DNA of 64,000 bases from Scenedesmus sp. PABB004 (Eukaryota). The position numbers and the translations under genes are program-made. Each line of letters opens with the position of its first letter. The stretch's first letter is position 1. The stretch lies in contig JABVCE010000018.1 in assembly GCA_014905635.1 (NCBI GenBank), positions 372,001 to 436,000 of the forward strand. Reading direction: 5' to 3'. Under the pieces are notes generated by a model. The model ran no database searches, was not told where the DNA came from, and worked only from the letters and a program-made list of their open reading frames with translations. Positions 24,400-37,748 of the stretch are shown one piece after another.

Positions 24400-24821
24400 G
24401 GCGCGCCGCTGATGCTGTGCGAAGCCTGTGCGCCTGCTGAGCGGGCTTGGGGCGGAGCAGAGGGCAGGCAGTGCGCCCCAGGAAGCGCCTAGACGGCTGG
24501 TCCGGCGTGTGGCCGCGCTCGCTCGATCGTAGCCCGCTGGCGCAGCGCAACACGCTCGCGCATCGGCGGCGAAAGACGTGCGCGCCGGCAGAGTGCGCGA
24601 GCAGCAGGGCCGCTGTGCCCTGCTGCGCCCGTTGTCCTTTACGCCAGCCTGCGCGATCGCGGCCGCAGCGCAGTGACGCCGAGAGCGCGCAGCGCAACCG
24701 CCACCCGCAGCGCAACCGCTGCTGCGCGCCGCGCCCGGCGCCGGCGCCGCCACGAGCACCCGCCCAGCCGCAGCGTTGACAGCAGGCAGCGGCGGCTGGC
24801 CCGCGCCACCGTGGAGGCAGC

Positions 24822-26943
24822 ATGGCGGCGGCCGCGCCGCCGCCGGCGCCCGGCGTCGAGCTCGGCGCGGTCGAGGCGTTCTGGCGCGAGTTCGACCTGG
24901 ACTCCCGCCGCGGCAAGCTGGACGAGGTGCGGAGAGGCGGCCCTGGGCAGCGGGCCGGCGGCCCTGGGCAGCGGGGGCTGCCGCCGCGCGGGGCGAGGGG
25001 CGCGCTGCAGCAGCAGCGGCCACGCGCCAACCGCCGCGCGGCCGCGCGTGGCGCGCAGGTGGGGCTCAAGATCGCGGACCTGCAGGAGGCGTCCACCGCG
25101 GCGCGGCGGCGCCTCGCCGACGCGACGCGCGAGTTCAAGCGCGGCGGCGGCGCCGCGTCCGACGGTGCAGCCGGCGACGCGGCCGCGCTGCTGCGCCAGT
25201 ACCAGGAGGAGATTGACGCGCTCACGCGCCGCGCCAAGCACGGCGAGGCGGCCTTCCTGGACCTCTATGAGCAGCTCGTCGAGGCAAGAATGAAGGGCGG
25301 CGAGGCTGCAGGGCCGGGGCGGGAGGGCGGCGGGAGGGCCGGCGCGGCGTGGCGCGGGCGGCGAGTGGGCGCGCGACGCGGGCCGGCCGCTGACCTGCGA
25401 CCGCCGCCGCCGCAGGCCCCCGACCCCGCGCACGGCCTCGCGGCGGGGCTCGAGGCCGAGGCGCAGCTCTCGGCGCTGACCGCGCAGGTCGCCAAGGTCA
25501 GCGCCGAGCTGGCAGAGTACAAGGCTGAGAGCCGGGCGATCAAGAACCAGGACCTCACCATCCGCAAGCAGGCGCGCACCCCGCGCGCGCAGGCGGGCGG
25601 GCGGGCGGGCGGGCGGGCGGGCGGGCGGGCGGGCGGGCGGGCGGCGGCGGTTGGCGGCGCCAGCGGCGGCCGCGTGTGGCCCAGCCGGGCGCGCCGCAGG
25701 AGGAGGCGATCCGGGAGCTCAACGCCGCGCTGGAGGCAAAGGGCCAGGAGCTTGCAGACGCGCGCAAGCAGGCGGCGGCGGAGGCCAACGCGGCGGGGCT
25801 GGAGCGCATGCAGGCGCGCCGCGCCGGCGCCGCGCGCCCGCCAGGCTGATTCGCGGCCGGCCAGCCGCCGCCCGAGCAGCCCCCCCCCTAACCGCCGCCG
25901 CCGCCCGCCCGCCGCCGCCGCCCGCCCGCCGGCAGACGCGCGAGGCGGAGCTGTCTGAGATGCTGACCGGCGCGCAGGCCAGCCTGGAGGCGATGAAGCG
26001 ACTCTACGCGACAGCGCAGAACCAGCTGTTCGAGCTCACCTCGACGCGCGAGGAGGCGGCGGCGGGGCGCCAGGCGCGGCGCCGCGCGGCCGGGCGGGCC
26101 CGGGCCGGCGCGCCGCGCCGCGCGCGGCCGCGCCCGGCGCCCACGCGGCGCCGCCGCGCCTGGCGGCGCGCTGCGGGCAGGAGGAGGTGGAGCTGGCCGC
26201 CGCAGAGCTCGAGGCGGTGCAGGCGCGGCTGATGGCGCTGGAGGCGGAGAAGGGCAGCCTGAAGGCTCGGCTGGATGCCAGCCGGGACGAGGCGACCGCG
26301 GCAGGCGCTCTCGTGAGCTTGCGCAGCTGGGGGCGGCGGGCCGCCGGCGCGGGGTGCCGCGCGATGCCCTCGCCGGAGCCGCGCGCCGCCGCCGCGCGCC
26401 CGCGCCGCAGGCGAGCGGCGGCAGCGTCGAGGAGACGCTGCGGCAGGAGCTCGGCAGCCAGCGCGAGGTCGCGGCGCGGCTGCGCCAGGACCTGGCCGCC
26501 GCGCGGCAGGCGCTGCACGACAGCGCCGCGGCGGGCGAGGAGCGCGCCGCGGCGCTGGAGGAGCAGCTCGCGCAGCGCGACGCGGCGGCCGAGGCGCTGC
26601 AGCGCGAGCTCGCGGCGCGGCCCACGGCCGCGCAGCTCGCGGAGCTGCAGACGCAGGTCCGCGCGCTGCAGGCCGTCGGCTACGGCAGCATAGAGGAGGG
26701 CGCCCCCGGCCCGGTGGCGCGGCGCCGGGCGCCGACGGCGCGGCCGCGGCCACGCCCGGCGGCGGTGCGGCCGGCAGCGGCGGCGGCGGCGGCGGCGTGA
26801 GCCTAGAGGGGCTGCTGCTGGCCAAGAATCGCAAGCTGGAGCACGAGGTCACCATGGCCCGCCTCGCGGTCGCGGACGCCAGCCAGGAGGCCGCCGCGGC
26901 GCGCGAGCAGGTGCGGCCGGCGCGCGGCGGGCCCGCCGCGCCG

Positions 26944-26978
<35 letters not shown>

Positions 26979-27187
26979 GCGCGCGCGCCCGCGCCGAGCC
27001 TGTCCGCCCGGCGGCGGCGGCGGCGCAGGTTGCGGAGCTGCAGGAGCAGCTGGCGACGCAGCTCGACCTCGTGCGCCGGCTTGAGGAGGACCTGCTGGCG
27101 GTGCGGCAGGGCTCGGGCGGCGCCGCTGGCGCCACGGCGGCGGGCGATGCCGCGGCGGCGGGCGGCGCGCTGGCGGCTGCAGGCGCA

Positions 27188-27231
<44 letters not shown>

Positions 27232-28032
27232 GGGGGCCGACGCCGGCGGCGACGAGGCGAGCCCCATGGTCCGCGTGCTCGCGGGGCAGCGCGACCGGCT
27301 GCGGGCGCGCGTGCAGGAGCTGGAGGTTGCGCTCGCGGGCGCGCGCGCCGAGGCGGCGGACGCGGCGCAGGCGCTCGCCGCCGCGCGCGCCGACAACGTC
27401 GCGCTCGTCGAGCGCCTGCGCTACGTCGGGGGCTACAGGCAGCAGGCCGCCGCTGCGCGCAGCGGCGCGGCGCGCGGCGCCGACGTCGAGGGCGGCGGCG
27501 GCGCGGGCGGCGACGTGGTGGGCAAGTATGCGGCGCTGTATGAGGAGGGCATCAATCCCTTCTCACAGTTCCAGGCGCGGCCGCGGGCGCGGCACCCCGC
27601 GCGCTCTGTGCCGCGCTGCGCTGCGCGCGCCGCGCCGCGCCGACGCCGCGCCGACGCCGCCGCCGCGCCGCCGCCCGCGCCGCCGCCCGCGCCGCCGCGC
27701 AGGGCGCGCAGCGCGAGGCGAAGCGCCGCGGGCTGAGCGTGCCGGACCGCGCGATGTACAGCGTGGGCAGCTTGGTCTACCAGTCGGCCGCCGCGCGGCT
27801 GCTGACGTTTGGATACCTGGTGGTGCTGCACGTGCTCGTCTTTGCCTCCCTCACGCACATGACCCACCGCACCAGCGGGCACCTCATGGACCACCACGAG
27901 CTGATGCTCAGCAGCCACGGCCGCAACGACCTCACCGCGCTGCTGCACCACGACGGCGCGGCGGGGCTGCCGCGCGGCGCCGCCGCGGCGGCCGGGGCGG
28001 CGGCCGGCGGCGCGGGGCCAGCGGGCGGCTGA
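24822..28032 (+). CDS. CASP: CASP / Coy1-like golgin (coiled coil plus C-terminal TM)
   Basis: [97 protein letters not shown]. 1-nt frameshift near 26705. Confidence 0.92.
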
Positions 28033-28101
28033 GCGCGCGCGCGCGCGCGAGGGCTGTCGCGCGCGCGCGGCGGGTAACGGAACGAGCGCCTGCGGCCTGA
28101 T

Positions 28102-28106
28102 TTACA
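28102..28106 (-). promoter_or_regulatory. Poly(A) signal TGTAA for the OPR gene
   Basis: TTACA on + about 90 nt past the OPR stop. Confidence 0.55.
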
Positions 28107-28196
28107 CCGCCGCGCGCTCAGCACGAGGCGTTGGGCACCCGCCACGCCAAACACGCGAGCTACCTACAACAACACATGCGAGCCGCGGGCCCGCGC

Positions 28197-30457
28197 TCAG
28201 CGGCCACCCGCGGCGGCGACCGGCACGCCGCTCGCCGCGAGCAGCGCCGGCTGGCGCGCCGCGGCGGCGAGCGCCCTGCGCCGCCGCCCGCGCGCGCCCG
28301 CGTCGTCGCCGCGCGCGCCCAGCTCGGGCGCCGCGCCGTCGCTGGCGCTGAGCGCGAGGTAGCGGCCGTACTCTCGCCAGCAGTCGTCCGCGCTGGCGCC
28401 GCCGCGAGGGGCAGCGACGGCGGCGCCGCCGCCGCCCCGGCCGGCGCGCGCGCGGCCGCCGCCTGCGAGCACGCCGCCGGCGGGCGGGGCCACCACGGCG
28501 CCCGGGCGGCGGCTGCCGCTGCAGTCGCTCGCCGCGTGCGCCTCCTGCCCGCCCAGGCCGCCGCCGCTGTCGCTGCTAGCCGCCTCGGCGCGCTGCGCGC
28601 GGCCCTGGTCGGCCAGCGACTGCAGCGCGCGCGCCAGCTGCGCCGCGTCCTGCGGCGGCATCGCGGTGCCCGCCTGGTAGCGCTCGGCCGCCTCCAGGAC
28701 GCTCGCAGCGGGCACGTAGCGCAGCCGCGCCAGGCTGAGCAGCGCGTTGCTGACCTCCTTGGGCTTGACGCGCTGCGCCCCCTGCTGCTGCTGCTGCTGC
28801 GGCTGCTGCTGCTGCGACTGCTGCTGCTGCGACTGCTGCTGCTGCTGCGTCCGCTGCTGCTGCGACTGTTGCTGCTGCTGCTGCGGCAGCGGCTGCTCCT
28901 GCTGCGACTGTGGCTGCTCCTGCTGCGGCTGCTGCTGCTGCGCCAGGCAGGCCCGCTGCTCCTGCAGCAGGTGCGCCTCGAGCGCCGACGCGAGCGCGCC
29001 GAGCCAGGCGCGCGGCGGCTGCAGCCGCAGCTTCGCCGCGGCCATGGCAACGACCGCCACCTCGGCGGCGTTCATGGCGCGCGCTTCCAGCGCGGCCTGG
29101 CTCGCCTCCAGGAGCGCGTCCGCGACGTGCGGCGGCAGCGCCACGCCCAGCTTGGCCAGCGAGAGCATGAGCGTCGCCTGCGCCTGGGCGTCGGCCTGCT
29201 CCGGGCCGGCGCCCAGCAGCACGCGCGGGAGCTGCTGCCACACGCCGTCCCACCACGCCGCGTCGGGGCGGTGCTGCATGCACGCCAGCGCGTACACCGC
29301 GTTGGCCAGCGCCTTGCCGTCCGCCTGGGGCAGCGTCGCGCCGAGCTGCTGCAGCGCCGCCGCCAGCCAGGCGGGCTGCGGCGCCACGCCCATCACGCCA
29401 AACGCCCACAGCATGTTGGCGGCCTCGGCGAAGCGCAGCGTGTGCAGCCGGCTCCGGCTGATGGCCTGCACCGCCTGCAGCAGCGGCACGTCCGTCTGCA
29501 CCTGCTGCTCCGCGGCCGCCACCGGCATCTGCAGGCCCGAGCTGCTGGCGCCGCTGCCCCCGCTGCCGCCGGCGCCGCTCGAGTCCGGGCGGTAGTGCAG
29601 CCGCGCGAGGGCGTGGCAGAGCATGGCGAGCTCGGCGGGCTTGAACTGCCGCAGCCGCGCCGCCGCCGCGCCCGCGGCGGCCGCGAGCCACGCCTGGCTC
29701 GGCCGGCCGCCCAGCCGGGCGACCGCCCAGAGCAGCACCGCGAGGCCCTGGGGCGCGAAGCGGTGCATCGCGGCGGCCGCCGCCGACACCGCGCCGCCGA
29801 GCCACGCGTCGCCGGGCGAGGCCTCGAGCACCGCGAGGCCCCACAGCAGGTTGGCGAGGCCCTGGGGGTCCATGTCGGGCATGCGCGCCGCCGCCGCCGC
29901 GAGCAGCGCGCCGCGCCATGCGGGCTCGGGCGCGTGGCGGAAGCGCGCGAGCGCCCAGGTGAGCAGGCCGAGGTCCTGCGCGTTCATGGCGCCCAGCACC
30001 GGCGCCGCGGCGGCGAGGTACGCGCTCAGCCAGGCGGGCCCGGGGTGCAGCCCGAGCCGCGCGACCGCCCAGAGCATGCTGGAGACCTCGCGCGGCCCCG
30101 CGCCGTCGCTCGCGCGCTCAAACGCGAGGCGGAGCGCCGACACGTAAAACTCGCCAAACGCCGCCGACTCGCCCGGCGGCAGCGACGCGTAGCACACCAG
30201 CCGTGCCGTCGCGCTCAGCAGCGCGCAGGCGTGGATGTGATTCATGCGCGCCCCGTCGGCGCGCAGCAGCGCCGCCAGCGCCTGCCAGCTGCCCGCACCG
30301 GAGATGGCGGACGTGAGCATGCGGCTCGCCGCCACGTCGCCGCCGCTGCTGCCGCCGGTGGCGGGCCGCCGCTTGCCGCCGCGCTGGCCGGCCCCGGCGC
30401 GCGGGTGCGGCGCCGCGCGGCGCTGCTGCGCCGCGTCGCCGCCGCCGCCGCCGCCGG

Positions 30458-30496
<39 letters not shown>

Positions 30497-31214
30497 GGCT
30501 GCCGCCGCCCTGCTGCTGCAGAGGCGGGGGCGGCTGCTCCGCCGCGCCTGGCAGCTGGTGCTGCGCTGCTGCTGCTGCCGCTGCCGCTGCCGCTGCCGCT
30601 GCCGCGGCCGCCGCCTGCTGCTGCAGGCCGACGCCGCCGCGCGGCGCGCCCCGCGCGCCGTCGCTGCTCTCAGCGGCGCCGGCGCTGCGCGGCTCGCTGC
30701 GCGCCCGCAGCGCCGCGAGCGTCTGGTCCAGCGGCTGGCGCTCCAGCTCCTGCGCCGCCGTCCCGACGGCGCGCTGCCGCCGCGGGCTGGCGGCCGCGGC
30801 CCCGCCGCTGCCGGAGCTGGCGACGCGGGCGGCCGTGCCCTGCGGCGCGCGGCGGCGATGCGGCGGTCGGGCGCGCAGGCGCATGCGCACGCGCGCCCCC
30901 GGCCGCCCCGCCTCCCGCCCCGCCTCGCGGGCCGGCCGCACCCAGGGCCCGCCCTGGCGGCAGCGCCGCACCTCTCGCCGCGCGGCGCCGCGCTGCTGCA
31001 GCTGCGGCGGCCGCGCGCGCGCCGCCGCGCCCGCGCCGGCGCCGGCGCCGGTCGCGTCGCGGCGCCTGCGTGGCGGGGCGGCCAGCGGGCGTTGGGCGTC
31101 GGGGCGCGGCCGGAGGGGCGCTGCTGGCGCCTGGGCGGGCCTGCTGCTGCCGAGTGGCGCGCACCACGCCGGCGCCCGCGCGGGCGGGCGCAGTGCGCCC
31201 TCCCGGCTCCACAT
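28197..31214 (-). CDS. Octotricopeptide-repeat (OPR) organellar RNA-binding protein
   Basis: Roughly 38-aa repeats such as PREVSSMLWAVARLGLHPGPAWL, AQDLGLLTWALARFRHAPEPAW, PQGLANLLWGLAVL and PQGLAVLLWAVARLGGRPSQAWL. Probable in-frame 132-nt intron 30971-30840; start codon uncertain. Confidence 0.88.
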
Positions 31215-31583
31215 TGCGCTCACAGCGCGCGGTGCTCCATTCGCGTCCGCTGGAGAGGGCGAGGGGGGGCTCGCTCGCCTCGTCGCGAGCGGGGCGGGCT
31301 CGGCCGGGCGCGGCGCTGCTCGTGGGGAATCAGTTCATGACGGGGCGCGCGCCTGTGGGGAGATCGCTGGCCAGCGACCGGTGCTGGCGAGTTGTCCGTG
31401 GGTCTCAAGGCACGCCTGCCCTGCCGCCCCCGCTCGCCCCCGCTGCCGCCCGCCCAGACCGGCGCCGTGACCGCTCCTCGCCGGACGCAGCGCCTGCGCC
31501 GTCCGCCTTGCTGCGTGGCGCCTGAGAGCGGAACAGCAGCAGGCCGCCCCGCCTCGCCGCCCCTCCTCGCTGATCGAGGGGCC

Positions 31584-32283
31584 ATGCACCCCCTGGGCGG
31601 CGGCGCGTCGAGCCTGGCGCTGCCGCGGCCGGCGCTGCGCCTGGTGGCGCGCGGCCGCTCCGCGCTGGCGCGGGCGGCCGGGGCGCTGCAGCGCACGCCG
31701 CTGCTGGCCAAGGCCCTGCCCACGGCCGCGGGGTGGGCCCTGGGCGACGTGCTGACCCAGGTGCGCGCCGGGCGGGGGCCGGCGCGGGGGCTGCGCCAGC
31801 AGCGCCGGGCGCCGCTGCCCCAACTGGGCCCCCAGCGCGCCGCCGCGGCCCGCACGCACGGCCGGCGGCCTCCCCGGCCCCTCCCCTGGCGCCTCGCCGC
31901 GCGCCGACGCCGCCCGGCGCCCCGCGGCCCGCCCCGGCCCGCCGCAGCACCTCGGCCCCCTCTGGCCCCACGCCGGCGCGTGGCCGAGCAAGGGCGACTT
32001 CGCCGCCCACGACGCCGCCAAGACGCTCGCCATGGGCGGCGCGGGGGCCGCGCTGGGCGCGCCCGCGTCGCTCGCGCTCTACGCGCTGCTCGACGCCGCG
32101 GCGCCCGGCGGCGGCGCGGCGCTCGCGGCCGCCAAGTTTGCGGCCGACCAGGCGCTCGGCTGCCTGCTCTGGCAGGCCACCTACCTCGCCGTCAGCGAGC
32201 CCTACCGCGCCACGCTCGCGGCGTTCCTCGCGGCGCAGCAGCGGGCGCGGCCGCCGCACGCGGCGCTCGCGGCGGCATGCTGA
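31584..32283 (+). CDS. Mpv17/PMP22-like membrane protein (2 exons)
   Basis: PLLAKALPTAAGWALGDVLTQ and AKFAADQALG resemble the Mpv17 P..TK....GD..AQ and K...DQ motifs; C-terminal half is short or divergent. Confidence 0.65.
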
Positions 32284-33485
32284 CGCGGCGCGCCGGCGCG
32301 CGCGCCCAGCCGGCGAGCGCGGCGGCTGCGCGGCGGCTGCGCAGCGGACGAGCAGTAGCAGGAGCAGGAGCGGCAGGGTCGCCCAGTTTTGGTTGCACGC
32401 CGCGGGCGAGGTGCGCGTTGAGCAGAGCAGAGATTTTGTGCGCCCCACGGGCGCGGAGCGCGCCTCGTTGTCGCGCGGGCGGCCGGGCGCGGCGCCTGGC
32501 GGCCAGTGGTCGCCGTGGCGGCCGCGGCTGGCGGCCGGGCGCCTGCACACAGTCATGTAGTAGGGGGCCTTGGACGCATCATAAGACCAGCGCGAGGCGC
32601 CCCCACCCGGCCGGCCGGCCGGCCGGGCTGGGGGCGCCCGCGCGGGCACGCCCGCGTGCATGCGGGGCGTGCTGCAGGGCGCAACGCTCGCCGCTGCAGC
32701 GGCCCCGCCGCCGCGGCCGCTGTACAAATGTTCTCTGGCGCGCGGGGGCCCGTCGGGCTCGTCTAGGGATGGGGCTCAGCGGCTAGCGGCTAGGGCTCGG
32801 CTGCACGCCCCGTCGTTCGGGGCTCGTTTTTCTTCTTCTCGCCCGCAGCGCGGCCGCCGGCGCTCTGCCACCGCGCGCGGCCGCCCCTGCGCGGCCGCGC
32901 GCGCGGCAGTGCGCCGGCGCGCACGCACCACCATTTTGCTGCGGCAGTCGGGCGAGGCGCGCGGTGGGCGGGGGCGGCACGCCGGGCAGCGGCGCGGCGC
33001 CGCCGCCCACGTCGTGATGGGGTGATGATGCGCCGCGCGACCGCGCCTCCGTCTGTCTTTTGGCCTGGCTCGCGGGACAGCGCTGCCGCTCGAGCCAACG
33101 TGGGTTGGAGCTGGCTCCGCCGCAGGCGGCGGGCGCCTCTGTCGTCGTTGCGCGCAGCAGGCTGTGGGCGGCGCGCCAGCCAGCAGCTGGCGCGCGCGTG
33201 CGTGCTCTCGCGGCCGGCGCATTGCCGGCCTGCAGTCTTGGCCCCCTCCTCGCAGCAGCCGAACGTGCTGAGGGCACCCTGTGGAGGACTGAACATTGAT
33301 CGGTGACGCGGCGGCTGCGCAGGAGACCGGAGTGTGTGCGCAGGCCTCGAGTTGCCCGGACAGGGCAATGTATATCTCTTGTGTGCCAGAAGCGCGGGGC
33401 CGGCGGCGTCGCGGGGTGCTGCTGCAGCCTGGTTACTCACTCACTCACGACACGCCGCCGCCCACGCCGCTCACGCTCACGCCGC

Positions 33486-35613
33486 TCAGCCGCCGGGGGC
33501 CGTGGCGTTGCCCGCCGCCACCGCGCGCGCCGCGGGGCTGTCGGCCACGTGCCGCAGCACCACCAGGAAGGCGGCGAGCCAGTCCGCCACGACGCGCCGG
33601 TACTCGGCCTCGCTGGCGGGGTTGAACGCGGCAAAGCACGCGCGGTCGCTCGGCGACGCCACGCGCAGCAGGCTCAGCAGCGGGTCGGCCGCCGCGCCCG
33701 CGCCCGGCGCCTGCTGCTGCTCCGCCAGCTGCAGCAGCGCCTGCTGCCGCAGCTGCGGCAGGGCGTCCGCGTGGCTGAAGCCGCCGCCGCCGCCGCCAGC
33801 CGCGGCCTGCAGCGGCGCCCGCCCCGGCGCCGCGCCGGCCAGCCGCCGCCACAGCGCCGCGAGGCGCCGCCCCGGGCCGCCGCCGCCACCCGGCTGCACC
33901 TGCAGCAGGCGGCGCGGCTGCGGCGCGGCCGCGGGTGCTGCTGCCGCGGCGCGCGCCGAGGGCTCGACCACGTCGAATGCCGTCAGCGCCTTGTTCGCCT
34001 CGCCTGGGCCCCGCCGCGGCGGCGCCGGCGCCGCCGGCAGCGTCAGCGCGCGCGCGCGCCGCAGCGCATGCCGCCCGCGCGGCGGGGCGCGGCGCGGCGC
34101 GGCGCCGCGCCGCGCCGCCGCACCCGGCGCGAGCAGGCCCTCGCCGCCGCCGCCGAAGACCTCGACCGTGAGCGGGTAGGGCACGGCGTGGTGGGCGTAC
34201 ACGTAGTCCATGCTGCTGCCAAACGCGAGGTAGCCGCTGACCGCGCCCGCGGGGCCCGCGCGGCAGCCGCACAGGCGGCCGACCTTGGCCATGAGGTCCG
34301 GCAGGTCCGCCTGCAGGCGGCGGCGCCGTCGGCGGCGGCGCGCGTCGGCGGCGGCGCGGCGGCCGCGGCGCGTCGGCCGCGGCGTGTCGGCGGCAACGGC
34401 GGCCCGCGGGGCACGGCGGCCGCGGCGGCGCGGCGGCGGCAACGGCGGCCCGCGGGGCACGGCGGCGCGCGGAGGCGCTCGCTGCGGCGGCGCCCGCGCA
34501 CCGGCAGGCCGCCGCCGTACGCGGGCTTTGAGTCCCAGGGCGTGTACGCCGCCCACTCGCCGCTGTGAACGTTGACGTAGCTCACCAGGCGGCCGCGCAT
34601 GCCGTCGACGACATGCCGCACCTGCACGCGCGCGCGCGCGGGCGCGCAGCCTCAGGGCCCCACCGCGCCGCGGCGGCGGGTGGCCCAGCCCGGCCCAGCC
34701 CGGCCCGCCGGGCGCCGCGGCGCACCAGGCGGCTCTGCGGCTCGCTGAAGGGCGACGGCCCGCCGTACTGCTCGTCCGCGGGCGACCCCCGACGCCAGGC
34801 GAAGGGCCAGTTGCGGTTCAGGTCCACGTTGCGCGCCGTCTTGCGCACGCAGAGCGCGCCCTCCTCCACCTGGCGCCGGCTGTCCAGTGCTTCGATTGGG
34901 ATGATGCCCACCTCCAGCACGCCCAGCACCTCCCGCACCCAGCGCCGCGCGACGCTCGGCCAGTCGACGCCCGCGCCGCCGCCGCCGTCGCCGCCGCTGG
35001 CGCCGCCGCCCGCGCCGCCGCTGGCGCCGCCGCCCGCGCCCGCGCCGGTCGCCACGCTCGCGCCGGCCGCGTCCACGCCCGCGCGCGCGAGCGCGGCGCC
35101 GAGCTCGGGCCAGTCGAACGCGGCGCTGCTGTTGTCGACCAGCACGCGTGCGAGCCAGACGCCGACCTCGCTCGTGATCACCTCGCGCGCGTGCTCGCCA
35201 AAAACAAACAGCACCGCCGGCTTGGCCGGCGCCGGCGCGACTGCGCGGCGCGGCGGCGGCGCGTGAGCCGCGCTGCGGCCGCCGCGCGCTGCGCGCCCGG
35301 CGCCGCGCCGGCCGCCCGCACCGTCGGCGCCCGCGGTGATGGTCGCCAGCGGCAGCAGCGTCTTGGAGTGGTAGTCCCGGACGTCCCGAAACCTGCGGTG
35401 GTGCCGCCACGTCGGCAGCGGACGCGCCAGCAGCGGCGGTTGGCGCGCCCGCCCGCGCTGCCAGCCGCACCGCATCACGCCGGGGTGCTTGGCGGCGGTG
35501 GCGCTGAACCAGTGGAGCAGCTCGCCGCTGGTGTGGTATAGAGAGGCCGCCGGCGCCGCCGCCGCGAGCAGGAGCGCGGCCGCGGCGAGGCGCCGCCGCG
35601 CGAGCGCGCCCAT
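33486..35613 (-). CDS. Secreted M14 zinc carboxypeptidase
   Basis: Signal peptide; GEHAREVI (HxxE), RKT..NVDLNRNW, GPSPFSEPQ, VNVHSGE, GSSMDYVY, LTVEVFG. Confidence 0.92.
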
Positions 35614-35866
35614 CGCGCTCGCCCTGCTCGCGTGTCGGGGGCGCTTGTGCCGGTGGCGCTGCCCCGCTCGGTGTGCGTGGGCGTGCGCACGGGGCGCGGC
35701 GCAGCGCACGCGGCACCGCGCCGGCACGACGCCTGGCCTGACGCGGCCCGCCCGACTTCACAGCGGCCGCGCTGCCCGTGGTGCCGCCGCCGCTCGTCCA
35801 CACCTCGGCCCGGCATCGCCGCAGCGTCACGGCAGCGCCACGCGCGGTGGCGGCGCAGCAGCAGCC

Positions 35867-36548
35867 ATGTCGCGCGCGGTGAAGCAGCCCGTCGGTGCGC
35901 CCGCGGCGCCCGCGGCGCCTGGCGACGCGACGGCGCGACAGCGCGCGGCCCACGCGTCTGCGGGCCGTGCCGAGCACGCGCCGGCGCCGGCGCATGGCGG
36001 CGCGGGGCAGCCGCCGGCGCGGCGCGGCGCGGCAGCAGCGCGGCAGCGCCGGCCGGCCGGCGGCGCCGACGCCCGCTGCGCCGCGCGCGCTCTCGTCACC
36101 GCGTGCAGGCCAGAAGCGGCTCACCAACATCGCGGTGGTACGGCTGAAGAAGGGCGGGAAGCGCTTCGAGGTCGCGTGCTATCGCAACAAGGTCTCCGAC
36201 TGGCGCGCCGGCATGTGAGCCGCCGCCGCACGGCGCCGGCGGGGCCGCCGCGCCCGCGCCGCGGCCGCCGCGGGCGCCGCGCCGACGACGCCGCCGCGTG
36301 CGCTGCAGTGAGCGCGACCTGGACGAGGTGCTGCAGACGACGGCGATCTTTGCCAACGTCGGCAAGGGCGTGATGGCGGCCAAGGAGGACCTGCTCGCCG
36401 CGTTTGGCACCGCCGACGAGGAGGCCATCTGCCTCGAGATCCTCAGCAAGGGCGAGCTGCAGGTGCGGCGGCGGCCGCGGCCGCGGGCGCGCGCAGCGCG
36501 CGCGCTGCGACGGCGCGCTCGGCCACGGCCGCGCGTGGCACGAGCGCT

Positions 36549-36583
<35 letters not shown>

Positions 36584-37748
36584 GCACGCGCGCGCAGGTG
36601 TCGGACAAGGAGCGCGCGGCGCAGCAGGACAACCTGTTCAAGGACGTGGCCGGCATCCTGGTGGACAAGACGGTCAACCCCGACACGAGCCGCCCCTACA
36701 CGCTCACGATGCTCGAGCGCGCACTGCGCGACGTGCACTTCAACCCCGACCCCAAAAAGTCGGCCAAGCAGCAGGCGCTCGAGGTGCGCACGCGGCGGGC
36801 GGGGGCATGGGGTGTGGGGTGTGTGTGCTGCGGAGAGGCGAGGCGGGGGGCGCGCTGCCCGGGGGAGGGAAGGGAGGGAGAGCGCCGCCCGAGACGCGCC
36901 CCGGGCCCGCCGCCGCCGCTTCCGCAGGTGCTGCCGACGCTGCAGGCGCGCTTTCCCATCCAGCGCGCACGCATGCGGCTGCGGCTGCAGGTGCCGGCGG
37001 CGCACCAGGAGGCGCTGCTGGGCATGCTGGACGCGTCGGCGGCGGCGGTGGAGAGCATCGACGCCGCCGGCCACGACGCCGCCGTCGTCGCGCAGGCACG
37101 CGCCGCGCGGCAGCCCGCCGGCGTGCGGGGCGCGCGGGGAGGCCGCAGGGCTCGCAGCGGGGCGCCCCGGCCCTGCCTCGCCCCGCCTGACCCGGCTGGC
37201 CCGCCGGTGTGTGTCGCTGCACGCGCGCGCGGCGCACGCAGGTCGAGCCGGGCGTGTTCCGTGAGCTGCACGTGTTCATGCAGGACACCACGCACCGGCA
37301 GGGCCGCATCGAGGTGCTCAGCTTTGCCGTGACCGCCGAGGGCGGCGCCGACGATTTCAACAGCCTCGGCGGCAGCGAGACCGCGGAGCAGCCGTTCCGC
37401 GACGACGCAGCGCCGGCGCCGGCGCCGCCGCTGCCGCTGGGCGCCGGCGGCGCGGCGGCGCTGCCGCGGCAGCGCCCCGCCGGCGGCGCGGCCGAGGCGC
37501 CGAGCAGCACCGCCCGCGTGCTGTATGCGCGCGGCAGCGTAGCGGGCCTGCCGGACGAGTTTGCGTCGCGGCGCGAGCGCTTTGCGGAGCTGGACGGCCT
37601 GCAGCCAGGGTGGCAGGTCGAGCTGGCGGCGCGCGGCGAGAGCGTGGACGCCGTGTTCTTCGCGCCCGACGGCGCGCGCGTCGGCACGTTTGCGGCCGCG
37701 CGGCGGCAGGCGCTCGCCGCGCACAAGGCGGCGGCGCAGGGCGGCTGA
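35867..37748 (+). CDS. SBDS: Ribosome maturation factor SBDS/Sdo1 with C-terminal extension
   Basis: [81 protein letters not shown]. Confidence 0.95.

Noticed and set aside
805..26715. Programmed -1 ribosomal frameshifting at three sites
   Set aside because: No X XXY YYZ slippery heptamer with A/U at Y; all three are single-base losses in C/G runs, better explained as consensus errors.
28131..31340. 1069-aa + strand ORF
   Set aside because: Antisense shadow of the OPR gene; stop codons are rare at this GC content and its poly-Leu mirrors the polyQ.
34388..34468. About 30-bp duplication (cggcaacggcggcccgcggggcacggcggc)
   Set aside because: Local slippage duplication inside a carboxypeptidase intron, with no element features.
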